Source of the DNA: Neovahlkampfia damariscottae
Taxonomy: Eukaryota
Reading direction: 5' to 3'
Assembly (NCBI GenBank): GCA_016618085.1
Contig: JABLTG010000011.1
Span: 124,001 to 188,000, forward strand
DNA length: 64,000 nt
The notes beneath the pieces were generated by a model. That model ran no database searches and had not been told where the DNA came from. It worked only from the letters and a program-made list of their open reading frames with translations. Of the stretch, positions 37,258 to 48,837 are shown piece by piece; positions within the stretch are counted from its first letter, which is position 1; every line of letters starts with the position of its first letter. A program made the position numbers and the translations under genes.

Positions 37258-38905
37258 TTATGAAAATTGAATTAAATATCCAAAGAATTCTAAACCAGTC
37301 AATGATAAATTATAATTTCCTGCTGCATTTCTACCTGTAATTCTAATTCTAAAATTAGAATAAAATTCACCTGTTGTATTTAAATCCCATTCTCCTTTAA
37401 AATCTTTTTGTGTTTTTAAAGTATAATCATGTTTATGTTCTCTTAATATTTTCCAATTTTCTTCATCTTTTGATACTTCTAGTACCCATGATCTTAATAC
37501 ATTCATTCCATCATTTTTATTTTTAAATGTATACTTTGTTGGCATTATTTCTGAATTTAAAAATTTAATTTGAACAAATGAATCTTTTTCGTCTTTTGTC
37601 ATAAAAGTTGATAATTTTATGAAATCACAAATATCAACTTCATTTCCAATTAAAGTTGAAGAAGATATAATTGATATTATTGATTCTTTTACTGGGTTTA
37701 CAAATCCAGTCGTTTTATTATTCGTTCCAAAATTATAAATTATACCATTATCATTATCTAAATGAGTTAAGGTTGGATTACAATTTATAATAAATGGTTC
37801 TTCAGATACTTTTTCATTTTTAAAATAACAATATAATTTATATTTTCCAATAGTTTCTGGAACAAATTCGACCCTACAAAAACCATCTATTTTTAAATCG
37901 GATTCTAATTTTAATCCATATGGAATTAAATTATCCTTGTCGTCAAATATTTCAACTTTTAAGGTTGAAATTGGAATTGGAATTGATATATTATTTTTGT
38001 CAAACATTTGAATTAATATCTTTGACTTTTTAAATTGAAATATTTTTTCAGTTTGATGAAATTTAGTTTTAAATGGATCAACTTGAATATAAATTATAGA
38101 ATATAATCTTACTTAAATTTCTTTGTAATATTGTCAAATCAGTTTTTTCTTCAAAAATATTTGACGATTCTTTAATAATTTTTTCAAGATTTTCGTGATG
38201 CAAAAATGAAATTGAATTTGCAAGTTTAATTGAATTCTTTCTATGATCATATAAATCAATTATAACTTGATTTAAAAATTTTTGAAATTTTAATTTTTCA
38301 TAAAAATCATTTTGATCAAAAATAATATTTTCCAAATTATTTTTTCTTTCTTGTAAAATTTTATAATTTTTTTCATATTTTTCTTTTAAATCAGTCTTCA
38401 TTTCATTTTCTTTTAAATCTAAACAACTTCTTAAATTATTAAAATAATTTGATATTTCTTCAAAACAGTTTTGTTGTTTCTTTTTAAAAATAGTTTCAGT
38501 TTCAACAAAAACATTAAAACAAATGGAATATGTTTTTTTTAAATTTTCAAAATTATCTAAAAAAATTGAATCATTTTCTTTTAATTCTAAAATTTCATGA
38601 TCTTTATGTTCTTCTTTTTTTAAACACTCAAAACAACACAATTCAAAACAAGTAATACAAATAGCAATAATCTTTTCATTTGAATGTAAATCACATTTTC
38701 CATTCTTTTTTGGTTTAATATATATATTTTCTTTTTTTTCTTTTTCTTCTTCTTCTTCTTCTTTTTCAAAATGATGTTCCTTTCTTTTTTTTAATGAATG
38801 TAAAATAGTTGAACAACTATGACAAAGATGTTCAGAACATTCAACACAATAATGAATAGAATCTTCTTCACATTCTTCACACTTTTTTATTATATTTTTA
38901 ACCAT
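37258..38905 (-). CDS. B-box + coiled-coil + filamin-like + galactose-binding/discoidin-like domain protein
   Basis: Two B-boxes; VEFVPETIGKY; LRSWVLEVSKD..FRIRITGRN..GLEFFG; one intron. Confidence 0.7.
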
Positions 38906-38925
38906 CTTCGTTTTTTTGTGAACGG

Positions 38926-40082
38926 CCAATGGATTGGTGGTTATTGTGGTAAAAGTAGCCAATTAGATTTAATTTTGCCAGTTATTTTTAGAATTTTTAC
39001 TTGAAGTTGTTCAACTAGAAAATACTAAAAAAGATCTCAAGTATTTAAAATGTCCAAACAGCTCAAATTGGATTCATTTTGGAAAGAAAAAAATGTTACT
39101 TCAACATCAACAACAGAAGTGATAAAAAAGAGAAAACTTGAAGAAACAAAAGAAACAGGAAATATGAAATCAACATATAAACAAGGAAAAGATTCGTATC
39201 CTTTTTGGTGGACTAAAGAAAGAAGACATGCTACAAGTGAAAAGTATACCTCCAAGTTCTTCTTCAGTTGACAAGAATATTTGTTGGACAAAAAAGTTGG
39301 TAGAACAATCTTCATTAACAGAAGGTGTTTTATTTTCATCAAAAGATGTTCTAAAAGAAAAAATACAAGAATGGATGAAAATTACTCGATTCGTTTACAA
39401 TTTAACTCATCATTTTGTTGAAGATCTTGGATATGATGCAAATTTTATGTTATTGAAAAACATTATTTTAAATGCAGATAAGAATCCAGAATCTTCAAAA
39501 TACCCTTGGTTGTTCAATAGAAAATTGAAAAAAATACTACGAGATGCTTTAAATTATGCTATTCAGCAATATGTCTGTAATGTTCACAGTTCAACAGAAA
39601 TGCTGAAAGAAAAACAAAAGAAAACAAACAAAAAAAATCAAATTAGAAGCAAACATGAAAAAAAGAAATGAAAAAATGTCTCAAAGTATTGGAATACCAG
39701 TCAATGGTGGTAAACCAATTATTAAATGGAATGAAGAAGGATTTTTCTTTTGGCCATCTTATAAACTTGGAGCATTAAAAACTGCTCAAAAAGATTCTGT
39801 TCAAGTACATGAAGTTTCAGAACATTATACCAGTTGTACATGTGGATCATGTGGAAAAATAGATTGGAAACTTGGAAAAAAAGATTATTTTAATTGTAAA
39901 TATTGTAATTTTTCTCTTCCAAGAGATTATAATGGAGCAAGAAATATATTTCTGATGAATATACAAAATTTTATTGGAAATCCAAAAACTGCCAGTACTG
40001 CTGGCGACGGTCCTATCCCGAAAGAAACCTTGATTTTAATGTCTGGTGTGATTAATCAGAAAAGTCAGTTTTAAGATAGCGG
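38926..40082 (+). mobile_element. Fanzor2/IS607-TnpB-like element, non-autonomous and internally deleted (ends inferred)
   Basis: TnpB-like ORF pieces with no transposase; CGG at 38923-38925 and at 40080-40082 proposed as junctions. Confidence 0.65.
39050..40074 (+). pseudogene. Fanzor (TnpB-like) nuclease pseudogene
   Basis: EWMKITRFVYN (OrfB N-terminal helix), SEHYTSCTCGSCG..FNCKYC..RDYNGARNI (ExxTS Glu, zinc ribbon, RuvC-III); two frameshifts; RuvC-I/bridge helix absent. Confidence 0.85.
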
Positions 40083-40100
40083 AGAAAGAAATAAATTTGA
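39991..40100 (+). ncRNA. Candidate omega-RNA scaffold plus guide
   Basis: Hairpin 39991-40005, long stem-loop ~40025-40071, CTATC/GATAG complementarity; located at the 3' end of the Fanzor ORF. Confidence 0.5.
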
Positions 40101-40165
40101 TTGGTTTGAAAAAATAAACGTTGAATTTATTCAAAAAAAAAAATAAATCATAAGAACAAACTACT

Positions 40166-40478
40166 TCAATCTATTGTTTTCATTAAACGAGTTGAAAACA
40201 TTCCACAAAGAAATCCTAAACAAAATTAATATAATTTTCTTAAACTGACCTTGTATGCTCCACTTGATTTTATCAGTTTTGGCAAAAATGAAAGGATAAA
40301 TACCATGAAATATGTGAGCAATAGAAGAAAAAAATATTATCCACTTCATAACTGAAACGAAGGTTTTGTCTAAATTCAAATATTGTGGATCAGTTGACAA
40401 GTAATACGTGAATCCTAATCCAATGATGCAAAATAAATACACAAAAGTTGAAGCAGGTACGAAAGGAGTTTTTGACAT
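40166..40478 (-). CDS. TMEM254-like small membrane protein
   Basis: Hydrophobic helices, AHIFHGIY and WSIQ|GFLCG after one intron. Confidence 0.45.
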
Positions 40479-40647
40479 TGATTGGTGCGGAAAAAATCGG
40501 ATAAACTTTAAAATAGTTTTTCTTAATTTCTAAAACATCACTCAAATATTTTTCTGAAAATTCGGATTAGGAAATTCGAATGAATATTTTTAAATTGACC
40601 AATCAAATTGGAAAAGTCAATCAATCAATTTTACAACCAAAGAGAAA

Positions 40648-41649
40648 ATGAGTTTTTTCAAAAAGAGTTCAAAGAAAGAGAAGAAGAAGAAATGTTCTTT
40701 GAAAGAGGAAAATCTTTCACCAAAAGAAAAACTTTCTCCAAAACTCAGAAAAAAACAATCGTTCCAAAAACTTCCTAATCCTTTGGACGAATTGACTGAA
40801 GATGAAATGGATGTGCTGGAGAAATTTCAAAAAAATATAAATGATATGACAGAAGAAGAAAAAATGGTAAGGTTTTTTTCAAAAGAAAATTAATTGTTCT
40901 TATAAAAGTTTTGCACGATAACCACACTCATTCGTTATTTACGAGCAAGAGATTTCAATCTTGATTTATCAGAAACTCTTCTTAGAGATACATTAAAATG
41001 GAGAGAAGAATTCAAACCTCATGAAATAACAGCCTCAGAAATGGAGACTGAAGCGAAAATGGGAAAGATTTATATTCCTGGTTTTGATAAATATGGTAGA
41101 CCTATTGTTGTCATGAGACCATCAAGAGAAACTGGAGCCTCATCATATGATGTACAATTGAAGTATTTAGTATATATGCTTGAAAGAGCTTGTAACTTGA
41201 TGTCAGAAGGAGTTCATCAATTAATTTGGCTCATAGATTTTAGTGATTTTTCAACTTCAGGTGCACCTCCAATATCACAATGTATTGAAACACTCAAAAT
41301 TCTTGCGAATCACTTTCCTGAAAGACTTGCTCACTGTTTTTTCATGGATACTCCTTGGTTATTCAAATTCTTTTGGGCAACAATTTCTGCTTTTGTCAAT
41401 CAAAAAACAGCAGATAAAGTTATTATTGTTACAAGTAGTTCAAGTCAAGAAGATAAACAACAAACAATGTCAAAATATTTTGATTTAGACTTTTTGGAAA
41501 AAGGATTTGGAGGAAATTCTGATTATGTTTTTGATTCAGATGAATATTTTGCAACTCTCACTGAAGAAGATGAAAGAATTAAAGCAAAATGGGAAAGAAA
41601 ATTAAAAAAAACTCTTTCAAAAGAAAAAATTGAATCCAAAGTATTGTAA
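40648..41649 (+). CDS. CRAL-TRIO/Sec14-like lipid transfer protein (PDR16-like)
   Basis: RYLRAR, GFDKYGRP, HFPERL, PWLF; one intron. Confidence 0.9.
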
Positions 41650-42307
41650 CCATTAGATTTAGAAATAAACAATTGTATTCTTAACTATTTTTATTTTTCT
41701 CAAAAAAAGAATTAGAACATGTGAAATTCAAAAAATTCGAAAAAAATATATTCTATGACTGAAGAGATTGACATGAATTGAACTTCTCATGGCAGAACCG
41801 AGTCAAATTTTTAAATGTCAACTTATTCTACTTTGTTCATTTATGTTATTGTTTGTGTTTTAAGAATTTTGAAATGAAAATTATGGTTTAATTTTTTTTT
41901 TTGATGAATTTTAGGTTTGCATCATTTTGAAATAAACTCGAACAAGCAATTTAACAAGAATATGTTGCGTCCCTTTTATTTGAACCTTTTGATCCACAAA
42001 TTCTTTCACAAATATGTGGGATACAAGATCCATTCGTAAACAAGCTGAAAGATGATTGAATTTGAATTTAATAGTTCTTTTGCCTGTTTTTAAGTTCAAA
42101 AATTATGGGATTTTTAAACAATTTCAATTGAGATGATGTTGACATTTAGGGTTGCAGAATCAGAAAATAATGGTATTGGATGAGAATTACATTCATAGTT
42201 GACCTTGCTCCAAAATAATTGATGTGGAAAATTAAAACAAACTTTGAAAAGTCCTGAAAAGACAGAATCCTCTCCAGTTTAAAAAGCAATAGAAATTTAA
42301 AAATGAT

Positions 42308-43861
42308 TTATAATGTATTTTTCTTTTTTACTGCTTTTTTAATTACAACATTTGGATTCTTTTTTCCATAACCATTATAATAATGAAATTGTGTTGAATG
42401 TGTTTTGTTTGATACTTTATTGGTAAATTTTGATTCAAATGAATATTCTACATCAAATAAATCAGTATTTGAATGATTTGTTTTTTTTAATAATGAAGCA
42501 TTCTTTTTAGGTGCTCCTTTTTTATGTGATTTCAACATATCTTCTCTTAAAATAGCATCTTTTGAATTTCTACCTCCTGTAGGTGGTCTTAATGGAAACT
42601 AAAAAATATTTAAAATATTTATAAATTCTTTTTACTTTTGTTCCTCTTAAATTTATTTTTCTTTTTGGATTGAAATAACATTTTAATTCTCCTTTTTGAT
42701 TAGTTTCAACTGAAACTCTCATTAATGTATTTTTTCCACAATTTGGACAAAATTGACGATTTATATCTTTTTATATATTTTAATACTCTTTTTATATTTT
42801 ACCTGGAACTAATGTAGCACATGCATGACATCTTTTTGCCCATTGTCTCAAATATTTTATTCTCATTCCTTCTGGTGATATTAATCCTAAACCCATATGT
42901 AATAAAACATTCTAATATTTTAGAAAAAAAAATATTGTTTCGTACTTGCATTGCAAAATCACCTGTAATACAACCTACTTCTGGATCATCATTATCAAAC
43001 CAATTTCCTGATGAATTTTTCTCTTTCTTTTTTTTTTTTATTGAATCTGGAGTTATCCAACCTTCGTCATCATCTTCTTCCTCTTCTTCTTCTTTTTCAA
43101 TTGCTTCTTTAACTCTTCTTAAATCTTCTTCTTTTTTTATCTTTTTTTCTTCTTCTTCTTCTTTTTTATCTAATCTTTTAACGATTACAATATCATCATC
43201 AACTGTGTCTGTAATAATTTTGGTTTGTTTTTTTGATGTTTTTTTTGGTACTTCCCATCCACCTTCATCTTGTTCATTATTTTCTTCTTGTTCTTGTTCT
43301 TTTTCTTCTTCGTCGTCTTCTTCATCTGAATCAAACTCTTTTTCATAATAAGGTGTCAATGGAATTTTAATAAATTCTTTTGTTGGAATCTATTTTATAA
43401 TTTAATATGTTTGTTATTCTTACAGCTTTTGGTAACTCTTTTATATTTTTTTTTCCATTTAATTTTACTTCAAGTTCATAAGTCAAAGCAACAATATCAA
43501 TATCATTTTGTGATAAACTTGCATAATCACCTGTTCTTTTTGCATATGATTTTACAATTTGAACAGATTCAGAAGAAGGCTCTTCTAATTCAAGTTCAAA
43601 AGGTAAACCTAATAAAGATCTTTTTGATTTTGAATCTCTAATTTCTTTAACAATACCAGATGTTGTATAAAATACTGATGCATATTTTTCTAATTTAACA
43701 CCTTTAATAATAGCACCTGTATCAACAACCAATGTTTTTTTTGATTCTAAAGATAATGTTTGAAATTGTGATGGCTGTGTAACTACAACAGTTGTTTCAT
43801 TTGATTTTTCATCTTCTTTTGGTGTCCAAGAAATTTCAACTGTTTCAATTTTATCTGTCAT
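42308..43861 (-). CDS. NOB1: 20S pre-rRNA D-site endonuclease NOB1
   Basis: VVDTGAII, TGDYASLSQND, EGWITP, TGDFAMQ, zinc ribbon FCPNCG. Confidence 0.9.
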
Positions 43862-43936
43862 TTTCAAAGTGAATTTGAAACCAACAACGATTGGTTGAGA
43901 TTTTCGACAAATAAAAACGTTTTCAAAAAAAAAATT

Positions 43937-46137
43937 ATGTCAACAAATAAATTAAAAGGTTTGAGATCAGAAAAACCTACTGAGAATTATCATGAATGGG
44001 TTGATATTTCAGAGTATATAGATAAAAGTTGTTCCACTTTGAATTTAGGAGAAATAATTTGCGAAGGTTTTGACAAATATAATTGTACTTATTTTTTTTA
44101 AAAGACAACTTTAATTTAACAGAAATTATGAGTGCAGTTGAGGTAATTCTTCTTTTTTTTTTTTTAAACTTTAAACTGAGATTATGGACGAAAAAATGGA
44201 TATTAATGTTGGAAAACCTATAGTAAAAACATTAGAAGAACGCAAAGAAGAATTATTCAAAGATTTAAGTGAAGATGAAATAATTTCAATTATTGATGAA
44301 TTACTTTGTGCTTTAGTAAAAAAAACAACAACTAATCAACGTTCACCAAAAAAGGTATCATGGTTTCAAGGATATACATTACCACAAAGTGTTCAAACAT
44401 GTTTTTATTTACATGATTTATCTTTAATCAAAGATGAATATTTTTTAATTTTTGTTAAAAGTTATTTAACACTTTTTGAAGAAATACGTAATTTAGCAGT
44501 AAATAGTGAAGTAAGAGAAGAAGATGAATTTTGTCCAATTATATTTGATATTGAATTTGCAATATTTAAAAATGATAAAATTATGAATGAAATTGAAAAA
44601 TTAATTAAAGAATTAAAAGAAAAAGAAAGATATAAAATGATGACAAGATTAAGTTTTATTAAAGTAAGTAATAATATATTTATTAAAATATTAATATTAC
44701 AGAATTTAAATCATTTACATTTCATTTTTAATTCACCATTTAATAATTTACAAACATCAAAAAAGTATTTTTTAGAATTAGAAAAAGAGTTAAAAGAAAT
44801 AAAAGATAGTCATTTAAAGAGTCAATTAATACATGGATTTGATATAAATTATTGTAGACTTGTTAATTCACCAACACCATTAAAACCAAAAGAATTAATT
44901 TCATTTTTTGATACAATTCAATTCTTTGAAATTTATTTTAATGATTTACAAAGTATAATTGAATTAAAATCAAATTGTAATTCATTGGATAATACATTAT
45001 CTTTTATTTCAAACTTTTCATTAAAGAATTCAAATGTTGTTGTTCGTTCTATTTTAATGAATTTAATATTTTTTAAACAAAAAATATTTGGTGAAATTGA
45101 ATTTATTGATTATATCAAAAAATATATTTTTGATTTACCTTCAATTACGAAACAACATTTTGATTTATTATCAAATTCAAATAATATTCAAGATTTACCT
45201 GAATGGTTATCTAATTTTGGAAGATGTTTCATTTTAATTATATTCTCTTTATTGAATAATAGATCAAGATGTAGAAGACGTCTGGCAAATTTAATATCAG
45301 AATTCTTACCATTAGAAGTTAGAGCAGAACAATTTGATTCAGAATTAAAATTAGAAAATATTGAAGGTTAGTTTTAAGATTTATTTAACGAAAAAAAAAA
45401 AGGTTAGCAATGAATTGAATTTTTTAACCAATTAAAATTTAGAATATATTTTAGCAAATATTACCATTGATTTAACATTATTTGTAATGAAATTATATTT
45501 AGAAATGGGATTTGAATTAAATTTATATCATCAATATGAATATTATTATATATTTTGGTATTTAGATTATGTTAGTGGAATGAGATTAAAGAAAAATAAG
45601 ATACTTTATAAAACATCAGAATTTAAAAAAAAGAAAAAGAAAAAATATCAACAACAATTTGAAGGTAGAGATATGTTTTTAGAAGGTGAATATTTATTAA
45701 TAAGAGGAATATCAAGATTATTAAGTTTCTTTGTTAAAGAAGGATCTGATTTTCATATTTATCCATTTAAATATGGTTCTGAAAAATTAACATTTGAAAA
45801 TAGATTTTCACCATTTTATAGTGTAATACATCCAACACCTTTGGATTTTAAATCATTTAAAAAATTAACAAATTTAACAAAATATTCTTCAATAGATTTA
45901 TTAAAAGGTTCAGTTGATAGTTTTGATCAAAGTAAACAATTATTTGATAATATTAATGAAAAAATGAAATTATCAAATTATTCATTTCAATTATCAAAAA
46001 ATTTATTAAAAGTTTCAAATGGAAATTTAGTTTCTTCAAAATTAGGTTTTACTTTAATTAAAATGAAAAAAGTTTCAAACCCAACTTTTGATTTTAATTC
46101 AAATTCAAATTTTCCAATCATCAAACCAAAATATTAA
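43937..46137 (+). CDS. NAA35: NatC auxiliary subunit NAA35/Mak10
   Basis: MSAVE|IMDEKMD, WFQGYTLPQSV, NRSRCRRRL, GFELNLY..EY..IFWYL, RFSPF. Confidence 0.85.
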
Positions 46138-46140
46138 AGT

Positions 46141-46707
46141 TTATTTTTTGTTTTCGCAATACATTCAATTTCAACTAAAACATTCTTTGGCAATGTTTTG
46201 ACTGCAAAACATGCTCTTGCAGGCATAGGTTCAGATACAAAATCTATTCAATTGTTTTAGTTATATTTTCGTATTTACATTGAGAATATACTTTATTGAC
46301 AGTAGAAAAATGATTCATATCAGTTAAAAGTATCGTGGTTTTCATTACTTTATCATAATCTGAACCACCTGCTTTTAATACTTCTCCTAAATTTTTCAAA
46401 GTTTGTTTGGTTTGTTCTTCCAAATCTTGAGAAATTTTATTTTCATTTTCTGCATCAATACCAATTTGACCTACATCCACGTTCCATTAATTTAATATAA
46501 AATATTCACCTAATATAGTTTAGGTACAGTTTAAATCTTACCTGAACAGTAGAGAGTTCCATTTTGTTTTATTGCTTGACTATATGGCCCAATAGGAGCA
46601 GGAGCCTTTAGAGTTTTCACTTCAATTAATTTTTCACTTTGATTTCTGAGATAAACATCCACTCCTACACTTAATAATGCTGTTACACTTGCTGCTTTCC
46701 AAAACAT
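46141..46707 (-). CDS. RIDA: RidA/YjgF/UK114 family deaminase
   Basis: APIGPYSQA, LYCS|GQIG, PARACF..LPKNVLVEIE. Confidence 0.9.
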
Positions 46708-46792
46708 GTTTTGGCCAATTAAAAATTTTTACAATAGAAAAATTACATTTATTGTTTTATTCTGATGGGATTGTACATTTTTTTTGTTTAAT

Positions 46793-47211
46793 TCATGCAT
46801 TGTATTTTATTCCTTCTTTTTCTGTATGATTCTCTGTCACTTCAACAAAATTCCAACACATTTTACCATTTTCATCTTTCTTCATTTCAGTAATCAGGTG
46901 AAGGTAATCATTTTTGGTTTTCAGTTTGAACAGATAACAAGGATTGTCTTTCAAAAATAAATTTTTTCTTAAAAATTACCATTTACCAACTTTATCCCAA
47001 CAATACAAACTTTATATGGCTTTAAATTTTTTCTGCCCAAAGTTTCTTCGACATTCTCTTTCATTGAGTTGGCTATTCGCTGATGAGTTTTTGTTACTTC
47101 TTCGTATAATACTTTTGATGAAAGCTTCTGTGAAACTAATGAAGCATCCTCATGTTCATCAATTCTGTCATCAAAGGAACTGTTTGAAAATGAAATAAAA
47201 ATACCCAGCAT
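46793..47211 (-). CDS. Divergent stefin/cystatin-like protein
   Basis: HQRIANSMKENVEE..YKV..CYLFKL..DYLHL..IKY follows the stefin pattern; QxVxG absent. Confidence 0.4.
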
Positions 47212-47316
47212 TCAACAGCAGTTATTTTTTGGGCAAGACAATTTAAAATTCCGAACCAATCGTTGTTCTTAAAATTGATGGAAATATAAAATACTATTTT
47301 ATTTTTTTTTTTTTTT

Positions 47317-48055
47317 TTACAAATTATCTAATTCCTCTGGGATTTGAAAAGCTTTATAGATTTCTTGATTTGTTTTGTTCAATGTTTTTTTACAATAACT
47401 CACTGAACAGTTAAAAAAAAGTTTTTTCTTACCCATTGTAAAGATGTTATCTGTCCAAATATTAGCAGCTTGTTTGCAAATTTCTTTGTCAGCAACTTTT
47501 TTTTCAACCAGTTCAGGATCTTTTGATTGATATACTGAAATTTCTTTGTTCAATGCATTGATCTCTTTTTGTAATTGTGAAGTTAATGATAACTTTTCAT
47601 TTCTTTCATCTGATGGTTCTCTTCCGACTGAGTTTTCATCCATTTCATGAATTAATTTTTGCTGTTTGAAATTAAAATTCAATAAATTTACTTTTTTTTC
47701 ATTAAGTTGAGTTTCAGTCTCTTCAAGAGTATGTAGTTTCTTCTTTTTCATTTCGTAGGCCTAAAAAAATTAATTAGATTAGAGTATACTTGCGAAGGAA
47801 ACAACCAGTAAAAATTTGTCGCACCAATTTTGTCAGAAAGAATACGACTATCTCCAATGAGCTCATCAATAGTTTCTTTAATTACCATTGATCTAACTCC
47901 TTTTTCTTTTTGTCCAAGTTTTTCAAGCTCTTTCAAAGTAAATCTTGTGGATATTAAAGTTTTCATAAAGGAGCTTACGGTTCTGCTTTTTCAAATAAGA
48001 GTTCTTCCATAGCATCAAGCTTTTCTTCTTTTGACATTGTTTTTTTCTTTGACAT
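47317..48055 (-). CDS. MND1: Meiotic nuclear division protein 1
   Basis: FTLKELEKLG.KEKG, DKIGATNFYWLFPS, AANIWTDNIF. Confidence 0.9.
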
Positions 48056-48189
48056 GTTTGTTCTTCGCTTTTTTTGTTCTGTTTGATTGGAAAAGGAAAA
48101 TTGTCCAATTAAATAAAAATCCAAAAAAAAATTCTTGTAAAAAATTGACCAAAAAAATTCTTCTTAAAAATTGCTCACTTTATTCTATT

Positions 48190-48837
48190 TTACATTAAAA
48201 AGCACTGTTGTTCTTTTTTGTCATAATTCTTCAACTCTGTATCTTCAATTAATTGAATGAGTTTTTCCAAAACCACTTGAGATGATTAAAAAAACAATGT
48301 AAAATATTTTACGATCAAGATTTGGATCATTTTTAGCTGAACACTCAAAATATAAACCACCCATTTCCTTTGATAAATTCCTTCCACTAATTTCAGAAAC
48401 TTCTCTGTTTTCTTCATCGTCTATTTTATTTGCAACTAAAATTACAGGCATTGGTTTTGAATCCTTATTTCTCTTTATGGGTTTTAAATTCAATGCTAAA
48501 TCTTTAAAACTAGTTTTATCTGTCACTGAATACATTAATAAAATACCATCCATTTCTGATACTTTTTCAAAAGAGTCATAACTAAAATTCAGTTCTTTGA
48601 TTTTAATAAAATAATTTTTTTGTTCAAAAATAATAAATTTCCTTTGATTTTAAAATAGAGTTAAAAAATTACCCAAAATTATCTGACAACTCAAATTATT
48701 ATTTCAAAGACTTATTTACCTAAAGTTTCAAAGTTTTCTTCTGTATTTTTTTCTGTCACAATTTTTATTGATAATGTAGTTTTTCCAGAGTTCTTATTAC
48801 CTAAAATTCCTACCATTAACTCTTTGATATCAGTCAT
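48190..48837 (-). CDS. Divergent Ras-family small GTPase
   Basis: GNKNSGKT (G1), NKID (G4), ECSAK (G5), CFLM CAAX; 10-nt micro-exon; G3 DxxG not found. Confidence 0.75.

Noticed and set aside
38926..40082. Terminal inverted repeats or a transposase for the Fanzor element
   Set aside because: No TIR match between the proposed ends and no TnpA/serine recombinase ORF visible
42821..43348. 175-aa Ser/Phe-rich plus-strand ORF
   Set aside because: Antisense shadow of the acidic/Lys-rich NOB1 linker
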